Shown here piece by piece: positions 57,581 to 64,000 of a stretch of 64,000 bases of DNA (its first letter is position 1; each line of letters opens with the position of its first letter). The notes under the pieces were generated by a model, which had not been told where the DNA came from, did no database searches, and saw only the letters and a list, made by a program, of their open reading frames with translations. The stretch comes from Neocallimastix sp. 'constans' (Eukaryota). A program made the position numbers and the translations under genes. The DNA lies in contig JBODTK010000016.1 in NCBI GenBank assembly GCA_050613775.1, forward strand, positions 372,001 through 436,000, in the 5' to 3' direction.

Positions 57581-60500
57581 ATGGAAAACGAATATACTCG
57601 GGATTCTCAAGATAGACATGTTACTTTTGTAGAATCAGAAATTTATAATGATAGTAATAATGTTCATCACCCTATCACTTCAGAAGAAGAAGAAACTATG
57701 AGACCAAGAATGGGTATACTATTAAATGGTCGTCCTTCTATTGATCCACCTCCATTACAATTACCTCCATTATATATTCAGAATGATGAAGAATTAGATT
57801 CTTTTGTAAATGACCATAATGAACCAATGGAAAATTCATTCAGTAATACTCTTTCAAATACCGTTCACAATTATCCTGATACGAATAGTGAGGATATTGG
57901 TAATGATTATCCTAGTAGATATCATAATTACACTTTACTGTCGAATGAAAGTGAAGAAGAAGAAGAAAATAATGTTAGCCTTTCTCTTCTCCATAACCAT
58001 CACGAAGATACTATGGATAGTGAAGAAGAAGAAATTCATCAAAGAGGTCGTAGAACATTACTATTTGATTATAATAATAATAATTATAATAACAATAATA
58101 ATAACAATAATAATAATAATAATAATAGTATTAATAATGAAAATGAAAGAATAATACAAAATGATAATAACAATATTAATACAAACAATACAATAAATGA
58201 AACTCCCATTTCTTTAGAACAAACTAATCGTCGTTCTAATATTGCATTCATAGAGGTAGAAGATAATCCTATAGAAGAAGAAAATAATCATCTTCCTAGT
58301 AGTGGTAATAATAATGAAATTAACGGAAATAATAATAATCCTAATCGAAATGATCAATTTGAAGAAAATAATTTAATTAATGAAGCAAACTTAGCTCAAG
58401 AAGTAGAAAATCATCATGCTCAACAAGGAGCTAGAAATGAAACTGTCCAAAATGAAAATTTCGGTATTCATTGTAAATATCAAAGTGAAAAACTAATGAA
58501 TAAAGCCCTTACTTGGACATTAAATTTATGTCTTATGGGTATACAATCCAGATTTTCTTTTGAATATGATGAATGTAAGTAATTCGCTATTATTGTAACT
58601 ATTATTTTTTTTCTTTTATTTCTTTTTTTTTTTTTTTTTTTTTTTTTTATTTTCTTTTATTATCATTATTATTGTAATTATCCTTTTTTTTATTTCATTT
58701 TTCTAAATTTTTATTTTTTATTTATTATTATTATTTTTTTTTTTTTATAATTTTAAATTTTTATTTCATTTTTATTTTTTATTTCATTTATATATTTAAA
58801 AAAATATAAAAATTTAGAAAATTTAGTATATATAAATAAATTCTAAATTTTAATTTATTTTATTTTTTCAAATAATTATATATAATAATAATAAATATTT
58901 ATATAATTATATACATGTGAACTATTAATCTAAAATCATTATAAATATATATATGTGTATTTATAATTCATAATTTCATTATAAAATGATTAAATAATAT
59001 CGACACAAAAATTCTCATCACTAGTTCTTAGTTTACTTCATAAATATGAACAGATACGAAATGAAAATGTTTTTGATAAAAACTTATTTTTATTAAAAAT
59101 GAATATTCAATATTATCAGAAAAGATTTCAAACTTATAAACGTCAATTGATTTTCATCATGAGTGCTTGTAGAAATTTATTGGTTATATCGGACGATCCA
59201 TATTATAATAATTTTAACAATACTGCCGATGAAAATAGACATGCTCATAATCCCTTAGAAGAAATTGATGACCATAATATTTCTAATAAAATCCTTAATC
59301 CTGAATCTGTGGCTTCTATACGTAACTTATTGAATACTTTAAATCATTCCTTTATGAAAATTGAAAAATATGATAAGGATTTATTTTCAAGAGATAACTT
59401 TAGTGTGAGTTCAAAGCTATTAAAATATGTGAAAAATGATGATGAAGTGAAAAAACCTCCATTACCACAAAGTATTAATGTATATTCTGTTCCTGAAACT
59501 ACAATTATTAATACCATGGCTAATTCTATAATAGAAGATAAAATAGAAAAAAATATTCAAAATGAAGAAACAGTATTAAGAAAGGAAAAGGGAAAAGTGA
59601 AAATTGAAATTAATGAAATTAATGAAATAAATGAAGATAGAGATGAAAATCATCCTTCACAGGTTTTATTCTCTGCAAATGAAAGTTTAATGGAAAAAAA
59701 ATTTAAATCGATACCTATTCAAAAAATTCCATCTTCTTTTTCTTCTATTTCTATTTCTATAGATTCAATGGAAAGTAATTCATCAAAAACTGCAAATAAT
59801 TCTTACATAAATTTAAATAATATAAACAACAACAACAACAACAACAATAATAATGATATTAATAATATACCTTCAACTTTTTCATCATTGGATTCATTCC
59901 ATACTTTATTTAATAGTAATTCATCTTTACAAGAGGATGATTCATTTTTAAATAGTAATAAATTATATAATAATATCTATTTAAATAGTTCAAATGAAAC
60001 TTTAAAAAGTATGAACTCTAAAGAATTAATTACTGGTACGACGGAGCTCAATAATAAAAAATATCCTTCTAAAATTCAAAACTTTCCTCCAGAAATTTTG
60101 GCTAGAATCTTTAGATATGTTCGTATTGTTCCAAAAGAAATAAAATTAAAAAATCAAAAACAACGTAATAAACATTCAAAAGGTAAAATTTCTGCTGAAG
60201 CTTCATCATCAAGTTCATATACAAATACTAATTATTTATCATCTCCTTCTTATTCAGCTTCAACGTCTTCAAAACAAAAGGGTGAAGAAAAAAATGAGCA
60301 AGATAATAATTATAATTATAGTGATTATTATGGTCCTTCCAATTTCAATTCCAATACAGATCCCTATAATGATTATACTTGTGAAGATGATAATGGTGAG
60401 GATGATATGAATACTGGAACTGATTTTGAAAAAAACAAATCGAATTCTTCCAAATATTCCAATTCAAATGCATATAATGATGTCTATAGTTGTGTTCAAG

Positions 60501-61055
60501 TATGTCGTCATTGGAGTCATTTGGCCCAAAAGGAACTTTATCATACACTTTCTTTTTATTATAATAATATTGTTAATCCTTATCTTTTATTAAAGATTGC
60601 CGCTTCTCTTGAAGCTTTTGTTAAAAATGAAAAGGAATTCCCTACTCGTAATATCGTTTTAAGAGTTTCTCATGATGGAAAAGTTCCTGATTCTAAAGAA
60701 TGGTATGATCGTAAAAGTGAATTGGCATTCACTATGATCCTTAGAAATTGTCCAAATCTTAAATGTAATTTTTCATTTTTTTTTTTTTTTTTTTTTTATT
60801 AATTTTAATTTTATTTTTTTTTTTTGTTTTATTTTATTTTATTTTTTTTTAATTTTTATTTTATTCTTTATTTTATTTTATTTTATTTTTTATTTTATTT
60901 TATTTTATTTTATTTTTTATTTTATTTTATTTTTTATATAATTTTTTTAAAATTCCCCCTTAATATATATGTATTATGTAAATTATGCTAATATAATATA
61001 CATTATTTGTTTATTTTTTTTTTAATTATCATAATTTTATTTTTATGCTACTATA

Positions 61056-61089
<34 letters not shown>

Positions 61090-62388
61090 TAAATTAAATA
61101 GATATTGCATTATTTGGTGTAAACTTTAGTAATTTAACTGCAGAAGTTATATCATCAGTATGTACCAATGTTCATCAATTACTCTTTATTCCATTTTCAA
61201 CATCATTTATTAATGAAAAAAGTTTATTACATATAACAGAACATTGTCATAGTATTAGTTCATTAATCCTATCCTTCTTTAAATTCTCTTCAAAGGCTAA
61301 TATTAAGAAAATTTTTAAAAATTTGGAATCATCTTTAAGGAATTTAGATTTAATCCAGGTTGAATGTGAAGAAAGTGATTTCGATTTTATTATACCTTAC
61401 CTTAAGAATCTAGAAGAATTAGGATTAATGTTGACTACTAGTTTTACAGATTCTTCTTTAACTTTAATTAATCGCTATTGCTCACATTTAGAATATATTA
61501 ACTTTACGGGTCTTCTTAATATTTCTGATCAAGGTCTTGAGAATTTATTTAGTATAGAAAAGGATTCCTCTTTTATGAATGAAAATCTTTCTTCTAAAAT
61601 GAATGATGAACTTCTTTTCCATAATTATAATTATAATGATAACACTCATAATCTTTCTCAATTTAGAGGTATAGGTTATGGTCATAATCATGTTCAACAT
61701 CCAAAGAATAAACGTATTAAACGTATTAATCTCAGTGATTGTATGGATATTACTGATGAAGGATTAAGAATCATTTCTAATCATTGTGAAGCATTGGAAG
61801 CTATCTCTTTTGATGACTGCCCAAGAATAACAGATGATGGTTTTGAAGACTTCATTAAACATCAATCACAACTTAAATATATATCAATATCTAATTCTGA
61901 AACATTAACTAATAGATCCATAGAATGCTTAAATAAATATTGTCCATACATAGAAAAGGTAATAATAATATTATTATTATTATTAATTATATTTTTTTTA
62001 TAAAAAAAAAAAAAATAAGTGATAAAGAAAAAGATAGAATGAAATATATATATATACATATAAACTTATATTTTATTATATTATATAATAAAATATAATA
62101 TATTAAAAAACAATAATATCAAATTTAATAATGATTTTTCAATTTTTCAATTTTTTATTTTTTTTTTTTTTTATTTATTTAAATGAAATATTTAATTAGT
62201 TAAATATTAAAGGATGCTTGAAAATATGGGAAAGAACAGTTAAAAGTTTTATATCCTATCATCCAAATTTAAACACATTATGTTTTCATCAGGAAAAGAA
62301 TACCTTTTCTAGGGGATTTATTAATTATTTAAATAGAAATTTTTCAACTGAAGATTTTGATGATTTATTTTTAAAGTGGAATCAGTAG
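57581..62388 (+). CDS. F-box / leucine-rich-repeat (FBXL, Grr1/Amn1-type LRR) protein, 4 coding exons
   Basis: Exons 57581-58574, 59025-60764, 61102-61958, 62200-62388 splice in frame. F-box halves are IQNFPPEILARIFRYV and VYSCVQVCRHWSHLAQKELY. Cys-containing LRRs include CSHLEYINFTGLLNISDQGL, INLSDCMDITDEGLRIISNHCEALEAISFDDCPRITDDGF and CPYIEKLNIKGCLKIWE. Confidence 0.92.
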
Positions 62389-63082
62389 GGTTACTCAATA
62401 ATTATATAAAAAATTTTTTTCTTTATATACATATACCATATTTAATTAATGGAATAAATATATGATGTATATTCATAATTATAAATATATAGCTTTTTAT
62501 TTGTCATTTTATTTATTTTTATTTATTTTATATATATTATTATTATTAAAAATTATTTATTAAAATGTATTTAAATCGAAGTTTATAAAGTTAAAATTAA
62601 AAAATATATATATATATATATATAAAAAATAAATATTATATAGAAACACATAAATACAATATATAAAAGATAATTAGATAGATTTTTAAATATTTATTTA
62701 TATTAATAAATATATATTAATTTATATTAAAAAAAAAAAAAAACAATAGAAAAAAAAAAAAAAAATAAAAAATGAAAATTAATTATTAATTCTATCATTT
62801 TTTAAAATAATAATATTACTATTAATATACATTAAAAATTAATACTTATTTTTAACAATTATATTATTAAAAATTTGGATGCTTATATATATATTTTTTT
62901 TTATTGAATATCATATTAATATTTCTTTTATCATAAAAATTCCATTATATATATTAGTTCATTATATTATTTATAATATAATATTCTATAAATTATATAT
63001 TAATAATAATAAAAAAATATTTAAATAAGTTTTTTAAAATTTGATACCATCAATCTTTAAAAATTAGATATATATACTTTTT

Positions 63083-63365
63083 AGTAACGTATCTCATTGG
63101 GCTAGGTTATACTGGACTCACTTCAAAGGGAAGTTAGGAATTGGAGAAAATGTATACCAGAAAGTTCTCAGTAATAATATGCATGTTAGAGTGCCAATGC
63201 TGAACACTCAGTAAGGCCATCCGGCAGGGACAATATACGCCTATGCGAAAGTATACGAAAGTGCTGTGACTACTTTAATATTTCCATGCTTTGAGGTGGG
63301 GAGGCTGAAAATGAGAGGTTTACACACCAGAAGTAAAAAAAAAAAAAAAAAAAAAAAAGACAAAA
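63083..63365 (+). mobile_element. Short non-coding retroposed insert (SINE-like, 5'-truncated LINE end, or retrocopied RNA) with poly(A) tail and target-site duplication
   Basis: A ~250-bp island much richer in GC than its flanks ends in ...ACACCAGAAGT(A)n (63335-63358). Flanking direct repeats are AGATATATATACTTTTT (63066-63082) and AGATATATACTTCTT (63366-63380). Confidence 0.7.
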
Positions 63366-64000
63366 AGATATATACTTCTTGTTTTTTTTTATTAAATTTA
63401 TTTATTTATTTATTAATATTTTTATTTTGTTTTTATATTGATTTTATATTCATTACTTTATTATTAAAATTTTATATTCAAAATATTAATAATAATAAAA
63501 AAAAAAAACTTTCTTTTATAGTTTTTTTATTTCCGATGATGTTAGCAACGAAAAAAAAATAAAAAAATAAAATTATCTATTACTTATTAGTTTATACATA
63601 TTATTATGGGAGACATTCACTAATGACACAAATTAATTTTAATTTTTTGATTATGAATTTTTTTTTTATGATATTATCGAAATGGATAACCCAAATTGTA
63701 ATAAAAAATTTTTATAGAATATTAAAATATATATATAAATATATATAATAGTAATTTTTTTTTTTTTAAGAGCCGCAATTATTGTGAACTTTAAACTTTA
63801 TTTATTCATTTGTTAGTTTCATGAATATTATTTTTTTTTTTTTTCACCTTTTTTTTTTTTAAAAAAAAAAACACAGAATTAATAAAAAAATAAATATTAT
63901 TTATCCAATAAGAACATAATAATATTTTAAATAGTAATGAGAAATTATAAGTAATATTCAAAATATAAAGGTATATAAATAAATTCAAAAAAAATTTCAT

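Noticed and set aside
63230..63270. Hammerhead ribozyme or group II intron domain V (stem-GAAA-stem-GAAA)
   Set aside because: There is no CTGANGA core upstream of the stem and no AGC/CGC triad helix of domain V geometry.
63090..63335. RNase MRP / RNase P RNA (GAAAGTTCTC ... AATGAGAGGTTTAC loosely resemble CR-I and CR-V)
   Set aside because: The P4 pairing is imperfect, no P1 helix joins the ends, and the poly(A) tail plus TSD fit retroposition better. An Rfam cmscan would settle it.

Overview
Eukaryotic genomic DNA that is extremely AT-rich, with short GT-AG spliceosomal introns and very long (AAT)n and homopolymer tracts. This is most consistent with an anaerobic gut fungus (Neocallimastigomycota), which is an inference from composition and gene style only. 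Splicing the exons by hand gives seven protein-coding genes: a SIT4/PP6 phosphatase-associated (SAPS) subunit (-), SEC22 (+), an Integrator subunit 5 (INTS5)-like gene (+), a 26-exon ~2225-aa gene ending in apparently catalytically dead RhoGAP-like plus RasGAP-like domains (+), an intronless OXR1/TLDc gene (+), an intronless AT-hook/C2H2 transcription factor (+), and an F-box/LRR gene (+). Non-coding and mobile DNA includes an internally deleted, decayed LINE, a ~280-bp structured poly(A)-tailed retroposon with a target-site duplication, a near-perfect 118-bp palindrome, and a compound 17-mer/(ATT)n array. The most notable observations are the fungal Integrator subunit, the tandem pseudo-GAP protein with repeated NSFD motifs, and heavy use of AAG and A-rich 3' splice sites. 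Most short poly-Y/N/I/L ORFs in the supplied track are microsatellite artefacts. All family assignments come from motif recognition by eye, not from database searches.
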